A stretch of DNA of 64,000 nucleotides, taken from NCBI GenBank assembly GCA_047602755.1, contig JBLKOM010000006.1:77561-141560 (forward strand), in the 5' to 3' direction. Positions 48,621 through 58,007 of the stretch are shown one piece after another (position 1 is the first letter of the stretch; each line of letters starts with the position of its first letter). The stretch comes from Candidatus Woesearchaeota archaeon. Its GTDB lineage: Archaea > Nanobdellota > Nanobdellia > Woesearchaeales > JACJVV01. The notes beneath the pieces are model-generated. The model made no database searches and was not told the DNA's origin. It was given only the letters and a program-made list of their open reading frames with translations. Position numbers and translations under genes: made by a program.

Positions 48621-51371
48621 TTATTCAAATTTAATATTAATACCTTGAAGCATACTTTGTTCTATGAATTCTTCCCGAATTGACATTTTTATTACTTCTG
48701 ATAATACCACAATTACAAAACCTAATACAAAGACAACAGTCCAATCAATTAGATTAAGGGATATTGTTCCAAATATTTCTCTTCCAAATTCTGTATGTAT
48801 TGCTAAAATTGTAACAAAAAAAGATGCAAAAAATGCTACAAATACAGACGGATTTTTCAAGAAACCATCTTTGAATACAGTATCATGAAGTCTTTTTGCA
48901 TTAAAGATATGAAATAATCCAGATACTATTAAGACTGCAAAAGACATAGTCATTGCTCTTGCTAAGGAAGATTGCATAATATTTATCTCCCATAGGAAAA
49001 TTCCAAATGAAGTAAATAACATAACAGGTGCAATTGTTAATATTTTAGTTATAATATATCTAGATAATAGTTTAGAATTAGAAGGTCTTGGTTTTTGAGC
49101 CATAATATTAGCATGTGATGGTTCAATACTTAATGCTAGAGCTGGAAATGTACTCGTAACAAAATTAACAAATAAAATCATTAAAGGTGATAATGGTAAA
49201 TTCATACTAAATCCAAATAATACTGCTAAAAAAATAATACCTACTTGAGAAAAATTACCAGTTAAAAGATAATATATAAACCTTACAATATTGCAATATA
49301 TTGTTCTTCCTTCTTTTATTGCTTGCACTATTGTAGTAAAGTTATCATCATTTAATACCATATCTGAAGCTTCTCTAGCTACATCAGTTCCTTTCTTACC
49401 CATTGCAACACCAATATCTGCTTTTTTTAATGCTGGTGCATCATTAACACCATCACCAGTCATTGCAACAATCTCACCTTTTCTTTGCAAAGAAGAAACA
49501 ATTCTAAATTTATGTTCAGGGGTTGTTCTAGCAAATATACAAATATCTTCAATCATTGAATCAAGTTCTTTATCAGTCCAAGTATCAAGTTCATGCCCCT
49601 CAATAATCTTGAATCTTTGCTTGGTTACAATATTTAATTGTTTTCCAATATGCTCTGCTGTTGATTTATGGTCACCTGTAATCATAATTACTTCTACGCC
49701 AGCATCTTTACAATCTAAAATTGCTTCATAAACATCGCTTCTTATTGGATCTCTGATTCCAACAATACCCTCTAAAACAAATTTATTTTTTAATGATTTA
49801 GATATTTCTGTATCTGATTTGTAATTCTTTAATTCCTTGGTTGCAACAGCCATTACACGTAATCCTTCTGAACTATAAGAATGAATCTTTTTCAATAAAG
49901 AAGAACGTTTTTTAGAAGTAAGTTTTATAAATTTATTATTAATTCTATAATATGTACATTTATCAATAACTTTTTCAGATGCACCTTTCATATAAGCAAT
50001 TACAGAACGTTTATTTTTTATTTTGTTAACAGTAATCATATATTTATCCTTTGGGTCAAAAGGAATTTCAAATATTCTTTTATTTTCTTTTTTAATTGTA
50101 GAATCATTTAATTTTAAACTTTTTGCAATTGTTAAAAAAGCACCTTCAGTTGGCTCACCGATAAGTTCCCATTCTTTATTAATCATAGATAATTCTGAAT
50201 CATTACACAAAATACAAGCTGATAAAAATTTGTCATATCTTTTTAATAATGATACACTAATTTCACGGTTTTTATGAAAAAATCTATTATAAGGTTCATA
50301 TGGTTTACCTTTAACTGTAAATTCTTTTTCATCTGCAAACATTATTTTCTCTGCAAACATTCTATTTTCTGTTAATGTACCTGTTTTATCACTACATATT
50401 ACTGTAGTTGTGCCTAAAGTTTCAACAGAATTAAGATTTTTGATTATTGCATTATGCTTAGCCATTCGTTTAACTCCTTTTGATAACGCTAATGTCATCG
50501 ATAAAGGAAAACTTTCAGGGATTCCAGCCACTATTACTGAACCTACAACAAGTATTGAAATTGGTAATGGAGTATTAAAATAATTTAATATTACAAATAA
50601 TATTGCACCACATATAATTACAATCCAAGAAAGATTAGTGCTCATTTTATCAACTTTAATTTGTAAAGGAGTTTTTTTACCCTCTAAACTTTTAATTGTT
50701 GAAGTAATTTTTCCAATTTCAGTATTAAGACCAGTTTTTACAACAAGACCTATTCCTCTCCCACTAGTGATTGATGTTCCACTAAAACACATATTATCCT
50801 GATCACCAAGAACAACGTTTTTACTATGAATAGTATCAATGTGTTTATGTTTTGTTAATGATTCACCTGTTAAAATAGATTCATCGATTGTTAAACTATT
50901 ACTCTCAATAACTCTTAAATCTGCTGGAATTATTACTCCTCGTTTAAGATAAATTATATCCCCTGGGACAATATCTTCTGAATTAATTGTGATTTTTTGG
51001 CCACTACGTAATACTTCAATAGTTTTTACAGATAACTTAGAAATAGCTTGCAGAGTTCTATCAGCACTATACTCTTGTATAAAACTTAGAATTATTGTTA
51101 TAAATATAATAAACATAATAACATAGAATTCAATTGCATGGTCCAAAAAATATGAAATTAAACCTGCTGTAAAAAGAACATATATTAATATATTATTTAC
51201 TTGTTTAAGAAACATTTTAACAACTCTAAATGAATCCTCACGAACTAAAGTGTTTTTACCATATTTTGCAAGTCTAATATCTGATTCTTCCTTAGTAATA
51301 CCATTAAAATTAGAACCTAGCTGTTTTAAGGATTCATCAACAGAAATGCTATAAAAGTTCTCGGCCACCAT
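48621..51371 (-). CDS. P-type ATPase, type IIA (Ca2+-ATPase-like cation transporter)
   Basis: ICSDKTGTLTEN (phosphorylation site), MITGDHKSTAEHI, MTGDGVNDAPALKKADIGVAMG, TGES. About 10 TM segments. 916 aa. Confidence 0.85.
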   Translation of the reverse strand: MVAENFYSISVDESLKQLGSNFNGITKEESDIRLAKYGKNTLVREDSFRVVKMFLKQVNNILIYVLFTAGLISYFLDHAIEFYVIMFIIFITIILSFIQEYSADRTLQAISKLSVKTIEVLRSGQKITINSEDIVPGDIIYLKRGVIIPADLRVIESNSLTIDESILTGESLTKHKHIDTIHSKNVVLGDQDNMCFSGTSITSGRGIGLVVKTGLNTEIGKITSTIKSLEGKKTPLQIKVDKMSTNLSWIVIICGAILFVILNYFNTPLPISILVVGSVIVAGIPESFPLSMTLALSKGVKRMAKHNAIIKNLNSVETLGTTTVICSDKTGTLTENRMFAEKIMFADEKEFTVKGKPYEPYNRFFHKNREISVSLLKRYDKFLSACILCNDSELSMINKEWELIGEPTEGAFLTIAKSLKLNDSTIKKENKRIFEIPFDPKDKYMITVNKIKNKRSVIAYMKGASEKVIDKCTYYRINNKFIKLTSKKRSSLLKKIHSYSSEGLRVMAVATKELKNYKSDTEISKSLKNKFVLEGIVGIRDPIRSDVYEAILDCKDAGVEVIMITGDHKSTAEHIGKQLNIVTKQRFKIIEGHELDTWTDKELDSMIEDICIFARTTPEHKFRIVSSLQRKGEIVAMTGDGVNDAPALKKADIGVAMGKKGTDVAREASDMVLNDDNFTTIVQAIKEGRTIYCNIVRFIYYLLTGNFSQVGIIFLAVLFGFSMNLPLSPLMILFVNFVTSTFPALALSIEPSHANIMAQKPRPSNSKLLSRYIITKILTIAPVMLFTSFGIFLWEINIMQSSLARAMTMSFAVLIVSGLFHIFNAKRLHDTVFKDGFLKNPSVFVAFFASFFVTILAIHTEFGREIFGTISLNLIDWTVVFVLGFVIVVLSEVIKMSIREEFIEQSMLQGINIKFE

Positions 51372-51519
51372 CTTTTTAGTAACCTATAAGATACTACATT
51401 TATATTTATTTTGGATATTTTAATAGAAAATTGTGTTTTTGATAAAAAAGAAGAAAAGTCCGATTATAATCAACTTATCCATATTATTATATTAGAAAAT
51501 AAAAATTATAATCTTAAAC

Positions 51520-51705
51520 TTATTTAATTGGAACTAATTGGGTTTTATACTTGTTAAATAAGATTTTTATATCCTCTGTAAAAACTTTAGAATCTTTCTT
51601 TATCTCTTTATCTAACTCTTCTGCTGTGTACATCTGAATACCAGAACTTTCTCCATCAATAAATTGAATAGGACCATCATAATAACCAATATATACTGTT
51701 TGCAT
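51520..51705 (-). CDS. 61-aa ORF in the same frame as the Nudix gene, 6 codons past its stop. Possible C-terminal fragment (pseudogene or readthrough) or a separate small gene
   Basis: The frame is continuous except for the single TAA. Confidence 0.3.
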   Translation of the reverse strand: MQTVYIGYYDGPIQFIDGESSGIQMYTAEELDKEIKKDSKVFTEDIKILFNKYKTQLVPIK

Positions 51706-51723
51706 GTATGGTTGAATAAACTT

Positions 51724-52152
51724 TTAACCTTTTTGAGATATTCTAATTGATAAAAAATTTGACTGATAGTCTATCTCTTTAAAAAGACCAACAATCCTTA
51801 AATCAGTTTTATTCAAAGCTCGTGAAAAATCCTTTTTTGATAAAATAGATACAGGAAATCCTAATTCCTCAGAACATTCTTTAATTAATGTAAGTTCATA
51901 TGAGTCGCCTTCTCCTACATGTCCACCAATTGTTTTATCAAATAAACCAGCATTTTCATTTTTAGATAAACTACGTCGTTGAAGGATTATCTTACCTTTT
52001 GAATTCATCAATATCAATAACACACGCTTAATTTGTTTTGAAATCTTATTTGTTTTTTTAAACTCTGAGCGAATCTCCTGATAGAATTCTTCTCGATCTT
52101 TAATCTCAATTAAATTTTCATTTAAGTCATATATTTCTAATTTTTCAGTCAT
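51724..52152 (-). CDS. Nudix hydrolase
   Basis: Nudix box GGHVGEGDSYELTLIKECSEELGF fits G-x5-E-x7-REUxEExGU with K replacing R. An in-frame ORF follows immediately after the TAA at 51724-51726. Confidence 0.6.
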   Translation of the reverse strand: MTEKLEIYDLNENLIEIKDREEFYQEIRSEFKKTNKISKQIKRVLLILMNSKGKIILQRRSLSKNENAGLFDKTIGGHVGEGDSYELTLIKECSEELGFPVSILSKKDFSRALNKTDLRIVGLFKEIDYQSNFLSIRISQKG

Positions 52153-52241
52153 TATATGTATTTATCTATATTGTTTAATAAATTTTTCTAAAGAATTCAA
52201 TAACTTTAACTGATACTATAAACTAATCTTATTCTTAAGAA

Positions 52242-55200
52242 TTATTTAACATATTTTGAATTTTCTTTCAAATAATTAATAAGTGATTTAGGCCATACTT
52301 TAGGGATAGGAGGTTCTAATAAATCATTTAACCATTTTTTGAATTTTCTATCAAAAATTCCCTTTGGATTTTCTATAAAACGCTCAAGTTCAAAATAAAT
52401 TAATGGTTCAAGATTAACATTTCTATGAACTTCATGCATTTCTTGTAATAATTTGGAAATTTTTTGCTGGTTTGTATCATTTTCAGCTTTCAAAGAAGTA
52501 TTATCATTAGTTTTATTATCTTTACTATCAGAATTATTCCATTCATCTTCATATGAGAAATATTCATCAGCTTTTTTAATCAAGAATTCTGCAAGATCTT
52601 TAGGCCATTTTCTTCTAACAAATTTTTCATATTTTTTAATTTTCTGTAAAATATCTTTATCAAAAGGTTGCTCATTTATACAACGAGCAATTTGCATTTT
52701 TGCTTCTAATGGTATTTTATCTTCTAAATCATATAACTGTTTTGCTAATTTCTTTTGAGATTTATTTCCACGATGTTTTATATGAGAAATAAAATCTTTA
52801 AATTCTCTAACTGGATTTGCTGTCAAATCAATTTTAGGAAGATTAAAATCAAAGGCCTCATTTTTTTTACCTTTATCAACTGCAATCTTTGCTAAAACAA
52901 ATTCATGCATACGCTTTAGGAAATCTAGCTTGTCATCTATTTTTAGTACATCAGTATAGCCTTGTAATACTAACTGAAATGCAAAAGGTGAGGGTATTTG
53001 TGTTGTTATTTCTTCTACTTTTGTTTTTGAATCACGTAAATTATTTACTACAACTATAGTGCTTTTTATATCCATTGAATCTTCAAGAACTTCACGCCTT
53101 GCTTCTTTTAAAACAGGAAAATCAGTACTTATTCCTTTAACTGCACTCATCAATATTGTAGAAATTGATTGTTGTTTTCCTGCTCTTTTTGTTCTTCCCA
53201 TATATGTACGTAAAATCATTAATGATCTTTCAGCACAATGTCTAAAACGACGTTTTAATACTTCAGTCTTATCAATTGCTAAATCCATTATTTGGTATAA
53301 ATCGCTTGTTGTTAATACTTTAATGATATCTTTAAGCTTAATACTCTTCTCTGTGCCTATGTAAAACCCATTATCATTAATTCCAATCTCAACATCAGTA
53401 TTTTCATACTTAGAGATAATATAACCTATAGCTCTTGAAAGACAGTCATTAACTCTTCTACCATATAATGTATGAAATATTATTTTTTTACCACGTTCAT
53501 CTTTATAGTATTCTACAAGTATACGCTTAGAAGAAGGGATTAATGCATAATCATATTGTTCTTTTAAATAAATATAAATTGCCTCAGCAGCCTTTTTATT
53601 AACATATAAATATGTATTAATGAAATCTATAATTTCTTTTTTAGATTTTTTTGCTTTGAATTTATCTTCCATTAAATTACGAAATTTAAGTATATCATTT
53701 GCAAGATCAAAACTTAACGGAAGCATTTCAGATACCCAACTTGGAACAGTTGGAGGTTTTCCAATACTTACTTCAACTGTTGCAGTCATTCCTCTTGCAT
53801 ATCTAAACTCATATGTTGCACCACCTAAAACAAAAATATCACGCTTTCTTAACCTCTCAAGAAAAGTTTCATCAAGACTTCCAATGATTTGATTTCCTAG
53901 TTTTACTTTTACACCAGATTGACTTGGTATTGTACCTATGTTAGTCATATATAATATTCTAGTCATTTTACCACGTTTGCCAATCTTACCATCTTTACGC
54001 CATATTTTTGAATAAACACTTCTATCTTCTAATTCAGAATATTCACCTGCAAGATAACTGATTATTGCATCAAAATCTCTTCTTGGTAAATCTCTATAAG
54101 AGTAGGTATTTGTTACAAGCTCATATAATTCATTTTCATCCCAAACTTCTTGAATAGCGGCACCAAGTACTTGCTGTGAGAGTACATCTAATGCATTTCT
54201 TGGGATGTAAATTCTATCAATTTTTTTTTCTACAGCATTTTTTAAAAGAACAGAACATTCAACCAAATCATCTCTATCCATTACAATTATTCTTCCTTTG
54301 GTAGTTTCATGCAATTTATGACCACTTCTACCTATACGTTGCAATGCTCTTGCAACTGTTTTTGGACTTCCTAAACAAATAACAAGATCAATATAACCAA
54401 TATCAATACCTAATTCTAATGATGTTGAACAAACAACAGCTTTAAGTTTTCCTTCACGTAATCTTCTTTCAATATTATGGCGATGTTCTTTACTTAAACT
54501 TCCATGATGAGCTCCAATACCTTTAGCATGATCGATTTCATCATCAGTTTTATCTATTGTCTCAGTATAATTTCTGGGAAACATTTCACGAAGATGATGA
54601 ACAACACGTTCAGTTGCAGCCCTAGTATTTGTAAAAATTAAAGTAGTTTTATGCTTCTGAATTAATTCATCAATTAATGCATAAGTTTTTCTATGAAGAT
54701 CAGAATATGTAATATCAACAAGATTATCAACTGCGGATATTACTTGTAAATCTAATTGTTTAATAAATTGTACATTAACAATTTTACATTCTCGATTATT
54801 TCCTACTAAGAATTCGGCAATCTCTTCCAAAGGAGAAACAGTAGCAGATAAACCAATTCTTGTTAAGGCACCATTGTTTAAGTGTTGCAATCTTTCAATA
54901 CTTAACATAAGATGAGTTCCACGTTTGTTTTCAGCAAGTGCGTGGATTTCATCAATAATACACCATTCAACATTTTTCATATTATCAACAAACTTAATTG
55001 AAGATAAAACTATTGCAAGACTTTCAGGAGTTGTTATTAATATATGAGGTGGTTTAGCAAGCATCTTCGCTTTTTCAGAAGTTGTTGTATCACCGCCACG
55101 TACTGCTACCCTTATATCAATTTCACGATTATATTTTCTTGCTATTTCTTTTATTTCTTCTAACGGCTCAACAAGATTTACTCTAATATCTTCATTAAGT

Positions 55201-55562
55201 GCTTTTAATGGTGATATATATATAGCATATATTCTATTCTCTAGTATTCCCTTATCAGCAGAATCTACTAATTCATTTAATATACTGAGAAAACCTGTTA
55301 AAGTTTTAGTTGCACCAGTTGGAGCTGAAACAACTATATTATTTCTGCTATGTATTTCCATAACTGCATGTAATTGAGGCAAGGAATAATCTTTAAATTT
55401 ACTATAAAACCACTCTTTCACAAAAGGATGTAAAATCTTATCTAATTCTGCTTTAGTGTTTGGTTTTTCTTTAAAGCTAATTCTTGTTTTCATACTTATA
55501 TTTAGTATTTTTTTGGGCATATATACACAAATTTTAAAACGTTTATAAGCCTTATGAAGCAA
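52242..55562 (-). CDS. lhr: Lhr-like large DExH-box helicase (superfamily 2) with a roughly 250-aa C-terminal extension (1106 aa)
   Basis: VVSAPTGATKTL (Walker A), IIDEIHAL (DExH), SATV, HHGSLSKEHR...VVCSTSLELGIDIG, QRIGRSGH (motif VI). Long Lhr-core-like middle region. Confidence 0.8.
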   Translation of the reverse strand: MLHKAYKRFKICVYMPKKILNISMKTRISFKEKPNTKAELDKILHPFVKEWFYSKFKDYSLPQLHAVMEIHSRNNIVVSAPTGATKTLTGFLSILNELVDSADKGILENRIYAIYISPLKALNEDIRVNLVEPLEEIKEIARKYNREIDIRVAVRGGDTTTSEKAKMLAKPPHILITTPESLAIVLSSIKFVDNMKNVEWCIIDEIHALAENKRGTHLMLSIERLQHLNNGALTRIGLSATVSPLEEIAEFLVGNNRECKIVNVQFIKQLDLQVISAVDNLVDITYSDLHRKTYALIDELIQKHKTTLIFTNTRAATERVVHHLREMFPRNYTETIDKTDDEIDHAKGIGAHHGSLSKEHRHNIERRLREGKLKAVVCSTSLELGIDIGYIDLVICLGSPKTVARALQRIGRSGHKLHETTKGRIIVMDRDDLVECSVLLKNAVEKKIDRIYIPRNALDVLSQQVLGAAIQEVWDENELYELVTNTYSYRDLPRRDFDAIISYLAGEYSELEDRSVYSKIWRKDGKIGKRGKMTRILYMTNIGTIPSQSGVKVKLGNQIIGSLDETFLERLRKRDIFVLGGATYEFRYARGMTATVEVSIGKPPTVPSWVSEMLPLSFDLANDILKFRNLMEDKFKAKKSKKEIIDFINTYLYVNKKAAEAIYIYLKEQYDYALIPSSKRILVEYYKDERGKKIIFHTLYGRRVNDCLSRAIGYIISKYENTDVEIGINDNGFYIGTEKSIKLKDIIKVLTTSDLYQIMDLAIDKTEVLKRRFRHCAERSLMILRTYMGRTKRAGKQQSISTILMSAVKGISTDFPVLKEARREVLEDSMDIKSTIVVVNNLRDSKTKVEEITTQIPSPFAFQLVLQGYTDVLKIDDKLDFLKRMHEFVLAKIAVDKGKKNEAFDFNLPKIDLTANPVREFKDFISHIKHRGNKSQKKLAKQLYDLEDKIPLEAKMQIARCINEQPFDKDILQKIKKYEKFVRRKWPKDLAEFLIKKADEYFSYEDEWNNSDSKDNKTNDNTSLKAENDTNQQKISKLLQEMHEVHRNVNLEPLIYFELERFIENPKGIFDRKFKKWLNDLLEPPIPKVWPKSLINYLKENSKYVK

Positions 55563-55757
55563 TGTCTTATGGTAATAATTAATATAAAGCCAAAGGCCAA
55601 ATTTAAGATAATAGTCTCATTCCCAACATATTTATCGTCAATAAATAGTCCCAATTTATAATTGGGATTAAGATGATAATAACACAAAAGTTAGCTGATA
55701 ATATAGGTAAGACTATGCTACATAAAATATATATACTACTTTCATTTAAAGCAAAAG

Positions 55758-56342
55758 ATGATTAGTTTTGTTGAAGCAAATGATATATTACAGCCTTTAA
55801 TTATTTTTATAGTTGGGGTTGTAATGTATGCTGTATTTATTTTTCATTTCTATAGATTTTTAGGAAAAAAAGATATAATAAAATTAGATCTTGAACAATA
55901 TAATAATAGCTCATTTGCTTGGATAAGAAAATTAGTTAGGATGTTTTTTTATATTATTAAATACATCATAATGGTACCAGTTTTCATTTTTTTTTGGTTT
56001 GGTGTTTTGACATTATTACTTTCATTTCTTTCTAAGCACTCAGATGTTTCACAAATTTTACTAGTTGCAATGGCAATGATAAGTGCAATTAGAATTACTT
56101 CATATTATAATGAGGCATTATCAACAGACCTTGCAAAAATGCTTCCTTTTGCATTACTTGGAGTATATATTGTTGATGTTACATTCTTTCAAACTGGTGC
56201 TAGTTTAGAAATATTAATGCAAGTTCCAGATCAATGGAGTATGTTAATATATTACTTTGGATTTGTTGTTTCACTAGAGTTCATATTAAGATTAATACAT
56301 GGGACTATAAACTTATTTGCTGGAAAAATTAAGAATGATTGA
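55758..56342 (+). CDS. polytopic membrane protein (194 aa)
   Basis: ORF with several hydrophobic helices. Confidence 0.5.
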   Translation: MISFVEANDILQPLIIFIVGVVMYAVFIFHFYRFLGKKDIIKLDLEQYNNSSFAWIRKLVRMFFYIIKYIIMVPVFIFFWFGVLTLLLSFLSKHSDVSQILLVAMAMISAIRITSYYNEALSTDLAKMLPFALLGVYIVDVTFFQTGASLEILMQVPDQWSMLIYYFGFVVSLEFILRLIHGTINLFAGKIKND

Positions 56343-56368
56343 TAGTTAAAAAAGTAAAATTATAGTGT

Positions 56369-56450
56369 GTAAAAAGTCTGCTTGCACGGCGCAATTATAT
56401 TTTTTCTTAGAAAAAATATCGCCTCATTGGGCAAAGCTGACTTTTTATTT
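56369..56450 (+). repeat. roughly 82-nt structured repeat element, copy 2
   Basis: See copy 1 at 40454-40535. Confidence 0.6.
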
Positions 56451-56662
56451 ATAATTTCTTGAATATTTTGTAAAATAATAATTTTAAACGTTGAAACACT
56501 AAAATATTGCGTTCTTAGACTATTTTGATTAGATAAATTACGAAGAATGGTATATATATAAGGCATTACTTTCATATTTTTTATAAGGCAAATATGAACT
56601 TAAACAGATTAGATTAAATTCGAAAATTAATTCAATATAAAAGATAATATTGGAGGATTAAC

Positions 56663-57376
56663 ATGATTACTATAACTGAAAGGATTAAAGATATATTAAA
56701 CAACAGCAAAAAATACGATATTGAAAGAAAAGTATTTTCTTATAGTATTATATTATTTTTATTAATTACGGGAATTCAAGCAATAGCATATTTTATTTTT
56801 CTGAAGAATATACCTAATTTTATTTCAATATATGGATGGTGGCTATTCTATCTTAATATAAGTATTGCAACTGGTGCAACAGCAATTTGGAATATCTTTG
56901 CTTATAAAGCTAAAATAAGTTGTATGGTTGGAATGATGATTGCTATGACCATTGGAATGCAAACTGGAATGATGATAGGAGCTGTTATTGGAGCTACAAA
57001 TGGATATTTTACTGGTGCTTTAAGTGGAATGCTTATTGGAACAATAGCAGGAATAATTGGTGGAAGACTTTCTACTACAATGGGATTGATGCATGGAATG
57101 ATGGCTGGAGTGATGGGTGGTACAATGGGGCCAATGATTACAGTTATGATGTTTACCAATAATGTATTATTCTTTATGCCATTTTATATTATAATTAATG
57201 TTGCTATTTTGTTTTCTATGACAATTATGCTTTATGAAGAATTTGTTGAAAACCAGCATGATGTTATAAAGAAACCAACAGATTTTACAACATTAGCATC
57301 ATTAACAATTGTAGCAACAATGATTATTATGGCAATTATAATTTATACACCGAAATCTGTTTTTATAGGAGGTTAA
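56663..57376 (+). CDS. membrane protein with a Gly/Met-rich glycine-zipper-like segment (237 aa)
   Basis: GMMIGAVIGATNGYFTGALSGMLIGTIAGIIGGRLSTTMGLMHGMMAGVMGGTMGPM. Directly upstream of the cupredoxin-like and CopA genes. Confidence 0.5.
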   Translation: MITITERIKDILNNSKKYDIERKVFSYSIILFLLITGIQAIAYFIFLKNIPNFISIYGWWLFYLNISIATGATAIWNIFAYKAKISCMVGMMIAMTIGMQTGMMIGAVIGATNGYFTGALSGMLIGTIAGIIGGRLSTTMGLMHGMMAGVMGGTMGPMITVMMFTNNVLFFMPFYIIINVAILFSMTIMLYEEFVENQHDVIKKPTDFTTLASLTIVATMIIMAIIIYTPKSVFIGG

Positions 57377-57380
57377 GAAA

Positions 57381-57947
57381 ATGAGTAACTCAGGGAATAT
57401 TACAATAAATAAAAAAACATTACTAATTGGATTAGCAATATTTTCAGTATTAATATTTAGTGTGTTTGGTTTTATATCTATGAATAATGATAATAGTAAT
57501 ACCTTAACAGGTAATTCTATATCAAATATAGATCAAACAGGTAATTATCAAGAAGTATTACTAGAGTTTGTTGATTTTAGATATGAAATGACACCTTCAC
57601 AAATTATCAAAGATGTACCTGTAAGAATGACTGTTGATCTTAACACTGCATTTGGATGTTATAGAGATATACTAATACCTGAATTTAATGTTAGAAAATA
57701 TGTTAGACCCAATGATAATGTAATTACGTTTACTCCTACAAAAACAGGAACATTTACAATAATGTGTAGTATGGATATGGCTAGAGGAACATTTCAAGTT
57801 GTAGAAAGTACATCAGGAAATAGTAATAATAATAATTTAGGCAATCTTCAAAAAAGTGATTCTGAAAAAAATTCTGATGAAATCGAAGGATGTCAAGTAA
57901 TAATACCGAACATGAATGAAGAAGCAAATATAGGATGTGAATTATAA
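57381..57947 (+). CDS. membrane-anchored cupredoxin-like domain protein (putative copper-binding)
   Basis: N-terminal TM segment, then a beta-sandwich-like region ...TFTPTKTGTFTIMCSMDMARGTFQVVE with Cys/Met/His candidates and a C-terminal Cys pair. The position upstream of copA is typical for Cupredoxin_1-type partners (inference). Confidence 0.4.
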   Translation: MSNSGNITINKKTLLIGLAIFSVLIFSVFGFISMNNDNSNTLTGNSISNIDQTGNYQEVLLEFVDFRYEMTPSQIIKDVPVRMTVDLNTAFGCYRDILIPEFNVRKYVRPNDNVITFTPTKTGTFTIMCSMDMARGTFQVVESTSGNSNNNNLGNLQKSDSEKNSDEIEGCQVIIPNMNEEANIGCEL

Positions 57948-58007
57948 AAATACAAGTAGTTGTATTATTTTGAAGGAGATAGGATGTAATATAGATGGGT
58001 AAATAAA

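Noticed and set aside
49291-49731. 146-aa plus-strand ORF inside the P-type ATPase gene. Similar ORFs lie at 48664-48888, 50023-50277, 53059-53892, 58562-59011, 59801-60238, 56902-57162, 33035-33472, 35696-36139, 6866-7186, 7689-7895, 17311-18685 and 60680-61048
   Set aside because: All are antisense or out-of-frame overlaps of well-supported long genes with recognisable catalytic motifs. They are shadow ORFs of biased composition.
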